From Felis catus (taxonomy: Eukaryota), in contig NC_058368.1 in NCBI RefSeq assembly GCF_018350175.1, forward strand, positions 165,728,001 to 165,792,000: 64,000 nt of DNA, written 5' to 3'. Every line of letters starts with the position of its first letter. Position 1 is the stretch's first letter. This document shows, one piece after another, positions 38,681 to 52,841 of this stretch. The position numbers and the translations under genes were made by a program. The notes beneath the pieces are model-generated. The model was not told the origin of the DNA, did not search any database, and saw only the letters and a program-made list of their open reading frames with translations.

Positions 38681-39379
38681 CAGATTTCCAGAGACAGAAG
38701 GATAAATCCTCAGGTTCCAGAAATAAAATGTTTCTAAAACCAGAGAGGTACCAACCAGTTCAAAACTGTCACCTAGCAACATCTTCATAGTCCAGAGCAC
38801 ACTGGAATTCAACAGAGAGGAAATGTAATACAGCATTAAAAATCCAACAAAAGGGTTACTTGGAGGGAGAGTCAACAGATTTAACAAAAAGGTTAATTGA
38901 TACATTGCATACTGGAAAAATAGATTTCGAAACTATATATTTTAATTATTTAAGACATAAAATCAGAAAGATAAACCATATTGAAGCAACAGTTGTATAA
39001 TTAAAACAACAAGCATCTTGCATAAAAAGCCAATTAAAATTTTTACCAAAAAATAGCCATGAGCATAGATTTACATGTAATTTTGTGCTCTTTGAGAACT
39101 TTTAATATATAGAACTTGATTTAAAAATATTTTTGGATCTATATACATAATAGTATTTGAAGAGTAACTTTTATTTTTTGTGAGCTTCTTTATAAATATG
39201 GAATCAAGGTTATTCTAGTCTCAAAAAAGCAAACTGTAAAATATTCCATTCTTTTATATTTGAAAGAGTTTAAGATGGGTGTATCTTTATTACATGTTAG
39301 GAAGCTTTTGCTAGGAATGCTATGTGTCTAGATTTTTCTTTACAAGAAGTTTTTGTTTCTTTGCTTGTTTTTAGTGATA

Positions 39380-39879
39380 CAGATGGTACCTGGCTTAAGA
39401 TGGTAAGATTTAAATTTTTTTCACTTTATGATGGTGTGAAATTAATGTGCATCCAGTAGAAACCATGCTTTGAATTTTTAATTTTGATCATTTCCTGGGC
39501 TACTGATAGGTGGTATGATACTCTCTTGTGATCCTGGGAGGGGGTAGCCAGCTATAGCCCCAGTCAGTCATTAGATCATGAGAGTATACCACCAGTACAC
39601 TTACAACCATTCTAAGTCCATATAGCCATTTTGTTTTTCAAGTTCAGTACACTACTCAATAAGTTACATGAGATAGAACACTTTATTATAAAATAGGCTT
39701 TGTGTTAGATAATTGTGCCCAAGTGTAGGCTAATGTAGGTGTTCTAGGCATGCTCCAGGTAAGCTAGGCTAAGCTGTTGGTTAGGTTAGGTGTATTAAAT
39801 GCATTCTAGATTTAACAGTATTTTCTACTTGGGATGGGTTTATCAGGGCATAACCCCATTGTAAAGTCAAGGGAAACTG
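39380..39879 (-). mobile_element. Tigger5 / MER47-family MITE
   Basis: TA|cagatgg ... aaactg|TA with intact TA duplication; taggctaatgtaggtgttc, ggtgtattaaatgcatt, gggtttatcagggcataaccccattgtaa; inserted in an antisense L1M relic (about 39180-39975). Confidence 0.9.
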
Positions 39880-40059
39880 TATTTCCTTTATAGACTCAGG
39901 ACTATGTAGCTCTTCAACTTCTTTTCACAGCTTCGGTTGGTTGTATGTTTCAAAATTTGTCAATTTTATATAAAATCTATTTTAAATAGAATGATGGAAG
40001 AATGAAAAAATCTCTATGTATAAGTGTATATATCTTCATTTAAGTGTCTGTGTCTATTA

Positions 40060-41340
40060 GAGATAATAGAAGTATTGATATGTAAAAGGAAATAGGCATA
40101 CCTAGCATTCAGATCTTAGTTTTAAATATCTTTGTTCACTAAAAGGAACTTAAGGTCCTTTCATAAATGGTTTCTTCTGGCTTTGGCAAGGAAAGTACAA
40201 GAATGGAAAGTATTTTTGTGACAGTAAGGAAATGTTAAAAAATGATTAGACACATCAAAAGGACACATATCCAATTTGATAGGATCATACAGTATACATT
40301 GATGATTAAGATAAATAATAAGAAGTAATTTTAACCCTTAGCCTAAATGAGAACCAATGGAGCCATGCAGGTATAAATATATAAATACGGGGAAAAAGAA
40401 AGCTCTTTCTTGTCATACACCTCTATTAAATGTAAAATGAATCATTGCATTAGAAAATCACTATTTGGCAACCATCATCATGATAATAGTTACAGGCAAG
40501 GATCATCAATGGATGCTAAAACTAGTGGGTGGAAGTTCAATGAGAAATGGGAATCTCACTATATCTCTCTATAAGATAGTTATTAAAACACAGGGAAAAC
40601 TATAACTCTATAATAGATATATCCGTTAGGCACCACATTAACAAAGTAATCCAAGTTAAAGTCAGCACTAATAGGACCAGTGGACATTATATACCTCCTG
40701 TGTGGTACACTGAGAACACAATATCACTTATGTTATATTCCTGCAGAAATGCATACCTGAAGGTAATCATGAGATAGTGTTAGGCAAGCTTAATTTGAGA
40801 GACATTCTAGAAAATAATTGACCTTTATTTCTCAAAAATATCAAATTTAGGCAAAAGACAGGTGTGGGGCATTTCCAGTAAAGGAAACAAGAGCTGGGAT
40901 AACTTAATGCACCATGTAATACTGGGCCAGGAAAAACAACTACAACAACAACAACAAGAACTATACTTTGTTTGGTTTGGTATAAAGAACACCTGTGGTC
41001 CAAGTGAAAAAAATTTGAACAAATCTGTAAATGCTTAGATAGGAACATTATAGAAATGTTCATATCCTAATTTTGATAAATGTACTAAGGTTATTAATAA
41101 GATGTTTCTGTCTTAGAGAAACACATATTGAATTATTTAGAGGTAAATGGTACCATTTTGTATCATTTCAGTAACTTCTACTCAAAAGGTTCAGAAAAAA
41201 AAAAGAGACAAAAATGGTATAACAAATATCACTTGGTAAGATGTTTACATTTGGGAATCTAGGTGAAGGGCTAATAGGAATGATTTTTATTATTTTTGTA
41301 ACTTTGCTATAAATCTGCAAGTATTTCAAAAAAGTTTAAA
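40060..41340 (+). mobile_element. L1MC3/4-like 3'UTR
   Basis: tagaaaatcactatttggcaaccatc, catcaatggatgctaaaactagtgggtg, gggaatctaggtgaaggg. Confidence 0.8.
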
Positions 41341-43364
41341 AAGAATTTTTAGCATACAATGCCATATTTTCTCCTTTTGAAGCATCAGAATTATTTTCAC
41401 TTTCTCTGTGCATGTAAGAGTATATGAGGTATGGGAAAGGTTTGAAACCAGTCTCCTGAACGGCCACCTAACTCAGCAAGTATTTCACAATATTATGAAC
41501 ATTACATGTTGCTATATTTATTGTAAATTGCCTGCAGGAGTTGGGAGTATACAATTTCTGGACTGTCAAAGACCTTATTCAGGCAGAAGAATCAGAGAAG
41601 CCTAGAGGCAAGATAGAAAGAAAAAATATATATATAAGTTCCCCCATCTTCAAATTTAGCATCTGAAGTACTTTGGTTTCAAAACTAAAGTGAGCAAGGG
41701 GATTTGAACCAACAAAAGTGAAAGACTTAAGGAGTCAGGGAAGTGATTGGAATCCTTCCATGAAGATTAGAAGTTAAAACGATCAATTGAGATAATGAAA
41801 TACAGTGTGTGTTCTTTGATGTGTGTAGAGAAAGAATTGTGTTCAGGCAAGTTTAAAGAACCCATGAATTGCAAAAATCAATCAAAATGCCTATAGGACA
41901 TGGAAAACAGCTATCAGTTGAAGCCAACTTAGTATAGCTATTATTCAAAACAGAGCTATATCTAGCAAATACACACACATCAATTCAGTAAAAACAAAAA
42001 AAAAAACAAAGACAAAAACAAAAACAAAAACCAGAAGGACAAAATGTCCAGTTTAAATTTTAAAAAAGATAATTTCTTACTAAATTGCCATTTAGCAATA
42101 AAACATCTAATTGAGTGGTGAACAATGTAGAGTTAGGCAGTCAAAACTCTCTTACTGAGTGATTACTAAAGCACTCTACCTGGTGTTAAAACCAAAACAA
42201 ACAGGCCATTGCCTTTACACACTTGTTTTCGTAATTGAGAATGTAGGCATATTAAAAAATACTACTTAGTGTGAGGGCTGGAAACGAGGGATATGTTAAG
42301 GTATAGTGCTCATGCATACAGGGGAATGACTACAATGCCTAGAAAGTGATACAAAAGGCCTCCATGAGGTAATACTTTTGAGCTGGTTGCCAGGTTTCAC
42401 TCATTCATGGAACTAATTAGAGATAAAGACAGTCTCTAGTGCCTTCTTCTCTAGCATCCAGCATAGGTTTCTCAGCTTCAAATTTTATTTCATTAATATA
42501 AATGTTGAACAAAATATGTATTTCAATTCTGATTAATCTCATTTCTCTGACACATGTTTACAGAGGACAAATAGATACATGATTTTAAGCAATTTATGGT
42601 ATAATCCATTGTTCTATACAGTGGACTGGGCTAGTCTTGGAAAGCTATTCACCATGCTGGCTGCTGAAGCTACAGGTGTCTCTCAGAAACTGCCTCACAG
42701 GGCACAAAAAACACCAGAGCCAAAGACCTGAATTTCCTCACTGCCTAACGTTGAGGCAAGAAAATCTATTTCAAAAAGAACTGAAGTTTAAATACCTTGA
42801 ACAGGTTTACTTGAATTTATTCAGTTCTACATTAGTAATAACATGCTCACTTTTCTTGGCTAATCAAAGTATAATCAAATCCCAACTAACTTATAAGTCC
42901 TCCTAGAAACCTTAAGCAACAGTTACCTCTAATTTTCAAGATTTCCATGTTAATAATTATTGTTACTTTTTTGTCAATTATTCATATATGTATTGTGAAA
43001 GCCACTGAAGTAATACTTGGAAGCTTATTTTAAAAATAATATTATTTATAACCTTGTACATTTATATCCAGTGTCTCCAACTGTATATTAAGCTCTGAGA
43101 AAGTAGAAATGGTAGTTTGATTTTCTTCACTATGTTTTTTTAGTTGATATTCAATAAATGCTCATTGATTTTTTAGCTTAAATAAATTGTCCACGTAAAA
43201 GTGGCAAGGGTCCATTAAGTCAGTGGTCATGTGAAAATAAAGTAGGAGTTTAAGAGGAATATAAAGTAGGATTGGCCAGACTTGATGACTGACTGCTTGA
43301 TCGAGGATCAAGAGAAGGCTAACAAGAACTCAGTGTTCGGAGCTTGTGTAACTGAATAGAGGAG

Positions 43365-43367
<3 letters not shown>

Positions 43368-43416
<49 letters not shown>
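43368..43416. repeat. (CT)n microsatellite within L2 relics
   Basis: Directly visible. Confidence 0.95.
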
Positions 43417-43420
<4 letters not shown>

Positions 43421-43914
43421 TCTCGAGATCTCAAGATACACACAGGGAAAACAAAAGAAGAATGTCTTGTTTTAGGGAGGAAGTACACATTTTCTCAGTG
43501 TATATTAAAAGCTAGACACAGTCAAGGATTTTGTAGCCTGGTAATAAATCTAATAGTATTCACTCTGGAAACATGGCAAAATGAGACTCAAATCTAAAAT
43601 CACTGAATAAGTGACTGAGATTCCAATCCAGACGGTTTGACTACAAAGCTCGCACTTCACCCTCACTTTCCCATAGACGTTTGTTAGTATCATGCAAATT
43701 AAATACAAGAATACAATTTCTATATGATTCCATCTAATCATTTTCTTTACATTTATTTTCATAATACTAGTGCATGAGAATTTTTAAAAAAGCTACTTTA
43801 AGAAGATTTTTGAAGAACTACTTAATGCACTATCACACCTGGGCCTTTTTCACTGTATTAAACACATTCATCTCCTTTTCACTTCAGGAAAAAAGTCTGC
43901 ATGATTCATACGTA

Positions 43915-44010
43915 AATGGCCAACACAGAGCATAATGGTTGGCACATAGGAAATACTCTAATAATTTTTATTGAACAAATGCTGAATGAATGAATGAATG
44001 AATGAATGAA
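43915..44010 (+). mobile_element. L2 3' end with (ATGA)n tail
   Basis: ttggcacatagga...ttattgaacaaatg(ctg)aatgaatgaatg. Confidence 0.75.
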
Positions 44011-46659
44011 AAAATGGCATAAAAAGGAGTGCATAGAAAGGACTATTACTACTTTATAAATTCTCTCTTAAAAATGGAAATAACACGTAGAAGAGATACT
44101 TGTTAGAGAATTAAATAAAATGGTTTATATGATTAATGGTCTGCTAATAATAATCTAGGCATGTATGGATTTATGTTGTTATTCTAATAATGAAGGTAAA
44201 GCTAGTGAATGCTTTATATTAGACTACAAAGTAGAAGATATAAAAACATTGGATTAAAGATGATTGATTTCCCCATGAAATGTTTCATTTTAGTGTTATG
44301 ATTTCACCATTGACAATAGGAGAGCTGTGAATCCTAAAACATGATACAATTACTATATGCTAATTTTAACCAGAGCACTTGTAACTGTATCAACGTGTAT
44401 TTGCATAAATGGAAGATTTTGCAATAAACTGCTTTTCCATACAGTACAATTCCCAAAGGAAATTCTAAGTACCACTTAATATAGTAAAAATAAGATTTTG
44501 TATTTCACATTTCAAAGAAAAATGCGTAACAAAAATAAAATTATTTCTTATCAAATAGTATGTGTAACAGTACTTTTTATCAAACAGTTGAGAATTGTTA
44601 TGGCCTTCAAAGACTAAAAAAAAATAAATGCATAGGCAAATAGTCAAAAAATTAAAAAATTAAGTTCAGAATAACTTTGAAACGAGATGGATACACAATG
44701 ATGAATTTAATGTCTCACTACTCAAGAGAAACATCATGGTGGTAGTGACGTTTGGATCTTTGCTTTGACTGACTCCTATTATTATTTTTTGACAACTGGA
44801 GCCTCAGCAAAGACTATTTCATGGTAATGAAGATGAGGGAGATAATCACTTTTAACAAACATATGCTCTTTATTGTGGGTACAGTTAAGAGATCACCACT
44901 GTAACAAAAGAAACATAGAAGGGTACATGTTTATTTTATATTCAGAATTGCCATTTGCTTTAAGATATTGGAAGTCCTAAAGGACAATCCTTTGAGCTTC
45001 TCTCTCCTTTTATTTTATTTTGTTTCAATTGGTGTGCATTATATATTTAAAAATATACTGATTTTAAAAACTCATATAGATTTCCACATTCAACTTTTTT
45101 GTATTCTTCTTTAAAGTTGGCAGTGGAAGTTGAAAATTCAACTCTTTTGCCAACTCCAGAGAGTAGCTTATTTTTATGTTCATGCTAGTAGAAGCCTAAT
45201 GAGTCATTTCCTGCATTTTTTAAGGTACAGCCTCTATAACTATATGGTGAATGATGACATCTGAGCTTTGACCTAAGATAAATACATTTGAGTCACTTAC
45301 AGGAGATGAAAATGACAGGTCATGTCTGTTATATTTGACTCTTTCTTCCAATTTTTAAGCCTAAACCAGACTTTCATGAAAAGAATATTAATAGAGAGTC
45401 TCAAACAAAGAATTCTTGTTTGATTTGCAATGTACAATATAAAACCCATTCTCAAATTGGAATAAGTTAGGCCAAAGTTCAGATATCTTTTGAATAAACT
45501 TACTTCAGTTTACAATAGAACCTGAACATTTTTCAAAACTGTTTTGTGGTTAGGTGTGAAAAACTGAATCTTTGAGGTTTGGATTAGAATCATAATAAAA
45601 TCAAATTATTGTCATAAGAAATATGTTTGCATTTCATTTGGCACCAAACTTAAAGAAAATTTTGTTCTGAAAATCAAAAGAAATATAAAACTTTAAAAAC
45701 TGTTTTTTATCATGGTAGGTAAATTATAACTAGGATGCTAAACTTCATATTAAATATTATTCTTTGTATAATTAAAATCTATACAACTAATTTTGATATA
45801 TCCAAATAGATTGTTATCTAGTTTCTTTACTTCTTACCTTTAATATACCAGCACATTTTGTTGATTCTTCATCAAATATAGGTGCTAAATTATCCATCTT
45901 CTACTTATTTCATTAATACATATGCCTATATATTAAAATATACCTTCATAATCACAGTTAAATATGATATCCTTCCTTTAAATTCAGTAGATATTTTCTG
46001 ATAATATTTTATGATAATAAAGGTTGAGTGTATGATTTTCCAACTCATTGACACCCTACCATGACCAAACATATCTGATACTAAATGTGAACTCCAGATT
46101 TTAAGTTGTAAGCACTCTATACAAACTACATGAAATGAATGACCCACTTACTTTACCTTTTTGCCTCCAAAACAGTTTCCAAATGTGTGAAAAAGAAATT
46201 ATTTTCACATTTTTCCCTAAACCATATCTCTTGGCTTCCTCCAGAACTGTACCCAGAATTCTCCAAAAGTTTCAAATTATTCTATATCATTTATTAAGTC
46301 CACTATAATCATTCATAATTTTTCTAATTACTTCTGCATCTCAAAATGCAAATAATAGCAACCACAAAATGTATAAAGAGCATTGATTGATGTTCTGTAT
46401 TGAACCAGGGCAGTGTGGTTGTTATGAATGATTATGAATTTGACTTGTTATAGTATTATATATTTTGTTCAGCATTTTGTATATTCAAATATAAAAATAA
46501 TATGATTTTAGCTTAATAAACACTGTTTTATTTAGTATTATGAATAGTAAATTTAATTTGTTTACTATTTGGACAAATATCTGAAATTAGTTTAAACCAC
46601 ATATAACTGACCATCCACAAACAAATATAATATAATATAAATATTTCACTTTAATTGGT

Positions 46660-46760
46660 TTATAAGTTTGCTAGGGATGCCACAAATGGGTGACTTAAAC
46701 AATAGAAATTTATTGTCTCACAGTTACAGATGCTAGATATCCAAGATCAACGTGTTGGCA
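46660..46760 (-). mobile_element. MLT1B/C LTR fragment
   Basis: cttaaacaatagaaatttattgtctcacagtt...tccaagatcaacgtgttggca. Confidence 0.75.
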
Positions 46761-46834
46761 CAATAAGACAATTTTTAGGTAAACCCTGTCTATCCAATAC
46801 TATTAACTTATCTAGGCCCTACATGCGCGTGCAT

Positions 46835-46837
<3 letters not shown>

Positions 46838-46876
<39 letters not shown>
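46838..46876. repeat. (CA)n microsatellite
   Basis: Directly visible. Confidence 0.95.
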
Positions 46877-46879
<3 letters not shown>

Positions 46880-47200
46880 TACACAGACACACACCACCCT
46901 ATCAATTCCCTTTTCCTATCCATTTTCAGAACTGGAAATATCTTTGCATCAATTGAAGTACATTTATAGTTTTAAATTCCCTGTGATTTGAACAAATGTG
47001 AAAAATATTTGTGTGTCATATTTTCAAGCATTAAAATATAATAATCAAAATAAAAAACACATTCCACATTTTTAAATGATAATTATTCATGATAAATAAT
47101 TTCATAATAAGACAAGTAATTTCTTAATGAGATTTGAGTGGCTTTTTTCAGTGAATTTATGTATCCATGGGTATAAACTACTTTTTCAAATGAGACAGGA

Positions 47201-47767
47201 TGTGTTAGGTAGGATTAAACCAAAGAAACAGACACAACAGAGAATACATATTAAGAGATTAAATGCAAGGGTTTGGTTTACACAATTGTGAAGGCTGGGT
47301 AGGCAAGTGGGACTTCTGTGGGTCTGGCTCGCAGGAAGAGCTGTCTAGGACTTTCAAGCAGTAGTGGAGTTGCTATCCCTGAGCAAAATTTCTTCTTCTG
47401 GGAAGCCCTCAGCTCTGCTCTTAAAGCCTTTCAATTGATTGAATCAGGTTCATGCAGATTATCTAGGTAATCACCCATACTTAAAACTCCCTCACAGGGG
47501 CCCCTGGGTGGCTCAGTAGGTTGGGCATCTGACTTTGGCTCAGGTCATGAGCTCACGGTTCGTGGGTTTGAGCCCCACTTAGGGCTCTGTGCTGACAGCT
47601 AAGAGCCTGGAGCCTGCTTTGGATTCTGTGTCTCCCTCTCTCTCTGCCCCTCCTTCACTCACTCTCTGTCTCTGTCTCTCAAAAACAAATAAATGTTTAA
47701 AAAATTTTTAAAAAACACACTCAAAGCAGCACTCCAATTAGCAGTTGAACAGGGCTGGTCATCACCA
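47201..47767 (-). mobile_element. MLT2 (MLT2F-like) ERVL LTR interrupted by a SINE
   Basis: aatttcttcttc..ctcagctctgctcttaaagcctttcaattgattgaatcagg. Confidence 0.8.
47497..47712 (+). mobile_element. Can-SINE
   Basis: ggggcccctgggtggctcag head; flanks aaaactccctcaca / aaaacacactcaaa. Confidence 0.93.
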
Positions 47768-48704
47768 TTTAAGAATCCTTTTTTTGATCCTCATTTTTTT
47801 ATGTGACACATTTAAATTCTAAGAATTCTTGCCTAAAAGTAATGGGATGGAAATTACAGCTTCCTGGATTTTTTAAAAAGCATTTTCACCAAATTCTGTA
47901 AAGTTAATGCATACTATAAGGCAAAATTCAGATAGTGACCTATGTGACCAAACAACAGTTTCAAATCTATCTGCTGAAAACTCCATTAGATCCTCTTCAA
48001 TTCTGTTGCAATTAAATTTGGAAGCCCAACAACTGGAACTTAACTGCAATTAAACAACTGCAACAATCAAAACAATTTTTCTTTCAGAACAATTTATTAT
48101 CCAGTCACTAGATTCATTAATCTTCTAAATTTATGGGAATAAACAATAAGTCTTTAACAAGTATATATTGATTCTAGTATTCTTTTACTTAAAGACACCC
48201 TTTTTACCCTAATATATTCAGAAAAGTTTGTAAAAATTATATATTATGTGAGTATGCATATATATATGTGTCTATATGCACACATGCTATATAGATATAG
48301 ATATATTCACCTTTCAGTATTTCATTTTGATAGTGTTCTAAAGATACCTGTTATTATTTTAACTTTAAATAAATTTTAAAAAATTCAAAAACTGGTTCTA
48401 CAGACTTAGTTCACTCAATTAACAGAAAAAAAATCTTCCATATATATAAACTAGCAAAATCAGTAAATATTGTCGTATAAATCAGCTAAATCTTACTGAA
48501 ATTCTGTGATAAAAAGTTCACTTTCATTTTCAATTTAAATAAATATTTAATATACATATTTTGTTTAAATTTCAGTTTTCATAGATGTAGAGTTGTGTAC
48601 ATATAAATGTAGAGATAGACTTAGATATTACATAGAGCTTTGCTCTGAATTTTAGACATGGCTGATAAAAGTACATTGCCATTTTCAATAATTTCTATTG
48701 ACAG

Positions 48705-49177
48705 TATGACAGTTTATAAGCTGTTTTCTCACAGCTCCTAACCTACAATTATTTGGTCAGCTTTGTGATGCTGGACTAGAACTCTGGAAACCATATTTCT
48801 AATTTGTCAACTGATTCACTATTATATTCTATCATTGAGGGCATTAGAAAGAGACTGAATGAATGGCTGAGAAATAAGGGATTTTCTCTTGTAGCATTAT
48901 TTTAGTTGTTTTTTGTTTTGTTTTTATTCTGAGAGCAGCAGATTTTTATTCAAGTAGTGGGTGAAGACAACATTTTTAAATTTACACACAAAATCAACTT
49001 CACTGTGTCCCTTCAGAGACCACAGAATCAGTTAAAAAGTATGGCCTCTTGAGAAGTCTGAACCTCAACTTTTCAAACCTAACAGGTTTACATGTTCATT
49101 ATTTGAAACAACCTTCTTTATTCCCCCAAACATAGCTACTTCCTCTAGGTTGATACCCTCCATGATAACATTTTTGG

Positions 49178-49216
<39 letters not shown>

Positions 49217-49340
49217 TGTGTGTGAGTGACCAATTAGCAAATGACTATATCTAATTAATAAATTGATTTTATTTAACTATCTTATTAAAAATGTGATGCA
49301 GTTTTTGTTTCCTGATTAATTTCCAACCCTGATTGATATA
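48705..49340. mobile_element. LTR33-like ERVL LTR containing (TG)n at 49179-49228
   Basis: gctttgtgatgctggactagaactctggaaaccatatttct; terminus tttcctg...accctgattgata. Confidence 0.6.
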
Positions 49341-49413
49341 GATACATTTTTTTTTGCATATTGGAAAGCAGCAAACACTGTTGCCATCACTAGAAATTTA
49401 AATTACTCCAACC

Positions 49414-49823
49414 TACTACGTGGCAATGAAGAAGAATGAAATATGGCCCTTTGTAGCAACATGGATAGAACTGGAGAGTGTGATGCTAAGTGAAATAAGC
49501 CATACAGAGAAAGACAGATACCATATGTTTCACTCTTATGTGGCTCCTGAGAAACTTAACAGAAACCCATGGGGGAGGGGAAGGACAAAAAAAAGAGGTT
49601 CGAGTGGGAGAGAGCCAAAGCATAAGAGACTCTTAAAAACTGAGAACAAACTGAGGGTTGATGGGGGGTGGGAGGGAGGGGAGGGTAGGTGATGGGCATT
49701 GAAGAGGGCATATTTTGGGATGAGCACTGGGTGTTGTATGGAAACTAATTTGACAATAAATTTCATATATTAAAATAAATAAATAAATAAATAGATAGAT
49801 AAATAAATAAATAAACAAATAAA
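49414..49823 (+). mobile_element. 5'-truncated young felid L1
   Basis: ORF2 C-terminus (KKNEIWPFVATWIELESVMLSEISH), 3'UTR, (AAAT)n tail; exact 15-bp TSD taaattactccaacc at 49399-49413 and 49824-49838. Confidence 0.96.
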
Positions 49824-50268
49824 TAAATTACTCCAACCAACCTACAGCACCTATCAATCTAAGAATATTAATTACATAGAAAGAAGAATTCAATTTAAAT
49901 TTTTTAATTAAATTGCAGCAATAAAAAATAAAAGGCAATAAAGAGTAATGTTGACATTGTGGAAATTTTAGTCGTAATTTGGAGAATAAGCCTAGAAATT
50001 TGTCATGAAACACAGAGAAGAAACTAAAAAGATGAAGAAAGAGAAACAGAAATAAATAGAAATTGATATACAAGTAAGTTAGGAAATAACCACCTGAACA
50101 AATAATTATAAGAATCTTGGATACCTTCACAAAACAGTTAAAAAGTTATATAAGAAGCAAACATTAAATGTGTACTTGAAAAAGAAAATTCTCATGTTGA
50201 AGAACTGTGAAAACTGCAAAGTGGCTCACCGTATTGTAGGAAAAGGTATTTTAAAAAATTAGGAAATG

Positions 50269-50495
50269 GAGGGCACCTGGGTGGCTCAGTCAGTTAAGCA
50301 TCTGACTTCAGCTCAGGTCACAATCACAGTTTGTGAGTTCAAGTCCCACATAGGGTTCTGTGCTGACAGCTCAGGGCCTGGAGCCTGCTTCAGATTCTGT
50401 GTCTCCCTTTCTCTCTGTCCCTCCCCCACTCACATTCTGTCTGTCTGTCTCTCTCTCTCTCTCAAGAATAAATAAACATTAAAAAAAGTTGTTTT
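50269..50495 (+). mobile_element. Can-SINE
   Basis: TSD aaaaattaggaaatgg / aaaaattagtaaatgg. Confidence 0.93.
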
Positions 50496-50964
50496 AAAAA
50501 TTAGTAAATGGAAAATAAAAAATGGAAAATATTTGTAATAAAACCATACACATTGGAGAGATGAAAAATACAATAAATTAAAGGAAAAAGTGCATGAGGT
50601 AGAATTAACAGCTAATTAGACAATACAGATAAGAAAAAACTAAGTGAACTTGAAGATGACAGTGTAAACTATCCAAAAAGAATCATCTCTAGAGAAAAGA
50701 CTGAAAAAAGAAATAACCTAGTAACACGTGAATGAAGACCTAAAAAGAAAGAAATGGGCAGAGGGAGTTGCCAAATAAAATATTTAGAGAAATAACAGTA
50801 CACATATGTGTTCTTTTAATTTAATAATTTCACAGATTCAAGGCACTAAATAAACCCCAAGTAGCATAAACAGAAAGAAAACCACTCCAAATTACAATGT
50901 AATCAAATTACTGAAAATCAATGATAGAGATTACCTTAAAAGCAGATATAAAAAGCCAAGAAAC

Positions 50965-51950
50965 TTTTCCATGTGTCCATGAACTTATTTTTTTACTTAG
51001 TTTCTTTAACTGTTTACATTCCACATATAACGTGGGGTGCCTGGGTGACTTAGTTGGTTACGTGTCTGACTCTTGACTTCAGCCTAGGTCATGATCTCAT
51101 AGTTTGTGGATTCGAGCCCCGTATCAGGCTCTGCACTGACAATAAGGAGTTTGCTTGGGATTCTCTCTCTTCCCTCTCTCTCTGCCCCTCCCCCCACTCT
51201 CTCTCTTTCTCTCTCAAAATAAATAAACTTAAAAGAAAAGATGCCACATATAAGAGATATCATATGGTATTTGTATTTTTTTTCTTTCTGAGTTATTTCA
51301 CTTGCCAAATACCCTCAATGTCCATCCATGTTGTTGTAAATGGAAATATTTCACTCTTTGTTATGGCTGAGTAGTATTGTGTATATATCTATATAGATAT
51401 AGGTATAGATATAGATAGATATAGATATAGATATAGATATAGATATAGATATATATTTATACATACAAACACACACACAGCATTTTCTTCATTCATTTAT
51501 CCATTGATGCCAACTTAGGTTGTTTCCCTATTTTGGGTATTGGAAATAATGCTGCAATAAACTTGGGAGTACATACATCTTACCAATTAGCATTTTCATT
51601 TTCTGTGGATAAGTACTCAGAAATAAAATTGCTGGATCACATGGTAGTTCTTCTTTGAATTTTTTGAGGAAATTCCATATTGTTTTCCATAATGGCTACA
51701 TCAATTTACATTCCCACTAACAGTACAAAAGAGTTTCCTTTTTTGTGCATCCTAACACTTGTTATTTCTTGTCTTTTTATAATAGTCATTCTAAAAACAT
51801 TGAGGCAAGATGGTGGTCGTTCTCAGTGTGGTTTTGATTTGCATTTCCTTGATGATGAATGCTGTTGTGCAACTTTTTATGTACCTGTTGGACATATCTA
51901 TAAATCTTTTTAAGGAAATTGTCTCCTTAGGTCTTCTGCCTATTTATTCA
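50965..51950 (-). mobile_element. L1 3' fragment (L1MA9 / L1_Carn-like), antisense, containing (AGATAT)n at 51390-51455
   Basis: ccatccatgttgttgtaaatgg, attgctggatcacatggtagttc, atttacattcccactaacag. Confidence 0.85.
51034..51240 (+). mobile_element. Can-SINE
   Basis: TSD ccacatataa on both sides. Confidence 0.93.
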
Positions 51951-51952
51951 CT

Positions 51953-52170
51953 TATTTGTTTGTTTGTTTTAAAGTTTATTTATTTTGTGAGAGAGAGGGC
52001 ACAAATGTATGTGGGGGAGAGGCAGAATGAGGAAGTGAGAAAATCCCAAGAGGGTTCCAGGCTGTCAGCACAGAGCCCAATGCAAGGCTTGAACTCATGA
52101 ACTATGAGATCATGACCTGAGATGAAATCAACAGTTAGATACTTAACCAACTGAGCCACCCAGGTGCCCC
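51953..52170 (-). mobile_element. Can-SINE
   Basis: Ends gagccacccaggtgcccc. Confidence 0.93.
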
Positions 52171-52248
52171 TATATTAAACATTTTTTAGATTAAACTCTT
52201 AAAAAAGGATAGAAAGTACTAGAAAGCAAATTTAAGAAGAGCAAATGT

Positions 52249-52426
52249 GGGGTGCCTGGGTGGCCCAGTCAGTTAAGAGTCTGTCTTCGGCTCAGGTCAT
52301 GATCTCATGGTTCCTGAGTTCAAGCCCTGCATTGGGCTCTGTGATGACAGCTCAGAGCCTGGAGCCCTCTTCAGATTTTGTGTCTCCCTCTCTCTCTGCC
52401 TCTCCCCAATTCATGCTCTGTCTCTG

Positions 52427-52461
<35 letters not shown>

Positions 52462-52496
52462 TTCTGTCTCAAAAAATGAATAAACATTTAAAAAAA
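52249..52496 (+). mobile_element. Can-SINE
   Basis: ggggtgcctgggtggc head, (CTCTGT)n, A tail. Confidence 0.93.
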
Positions 52497-52628
52497 GGAT
52501 AAAAGGAGAAAAAATATAGTTTATTGTAGTAACAATTGACAAAATTTGGTTTGATAAATAAAATGGAGTGTTAATTCCTAAGGAAAGAATTCAGAGTTCT
52601 GGCAAGTCTTATTAAGAAAAAAATGAGA

Positions 52629-52841
52629 GGGGCACCTGGGTGGCTCAGTCGGTTGACCATTCCGACTTCCACTCAGGTCATGATCTCATGGTTCCTGAGT
52701 TCAGCATTGGGATCTGTGCTGACAGCTCAGAGTTTGAAGCCTGCTTGGGACACTGTGTCTCCCTCGTTATCTGCCCCTTCCCTGCTCACAATCTATGTGT
52801 GTGTGTCTCTCTCAAAAATAAACGCTAGAAAAAAATTTAAA
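52629..52841 (+). mobile_element. Can-SINE
   Basis: TSD aagaaaaaaatga on both sides. Confidence 0.93.
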
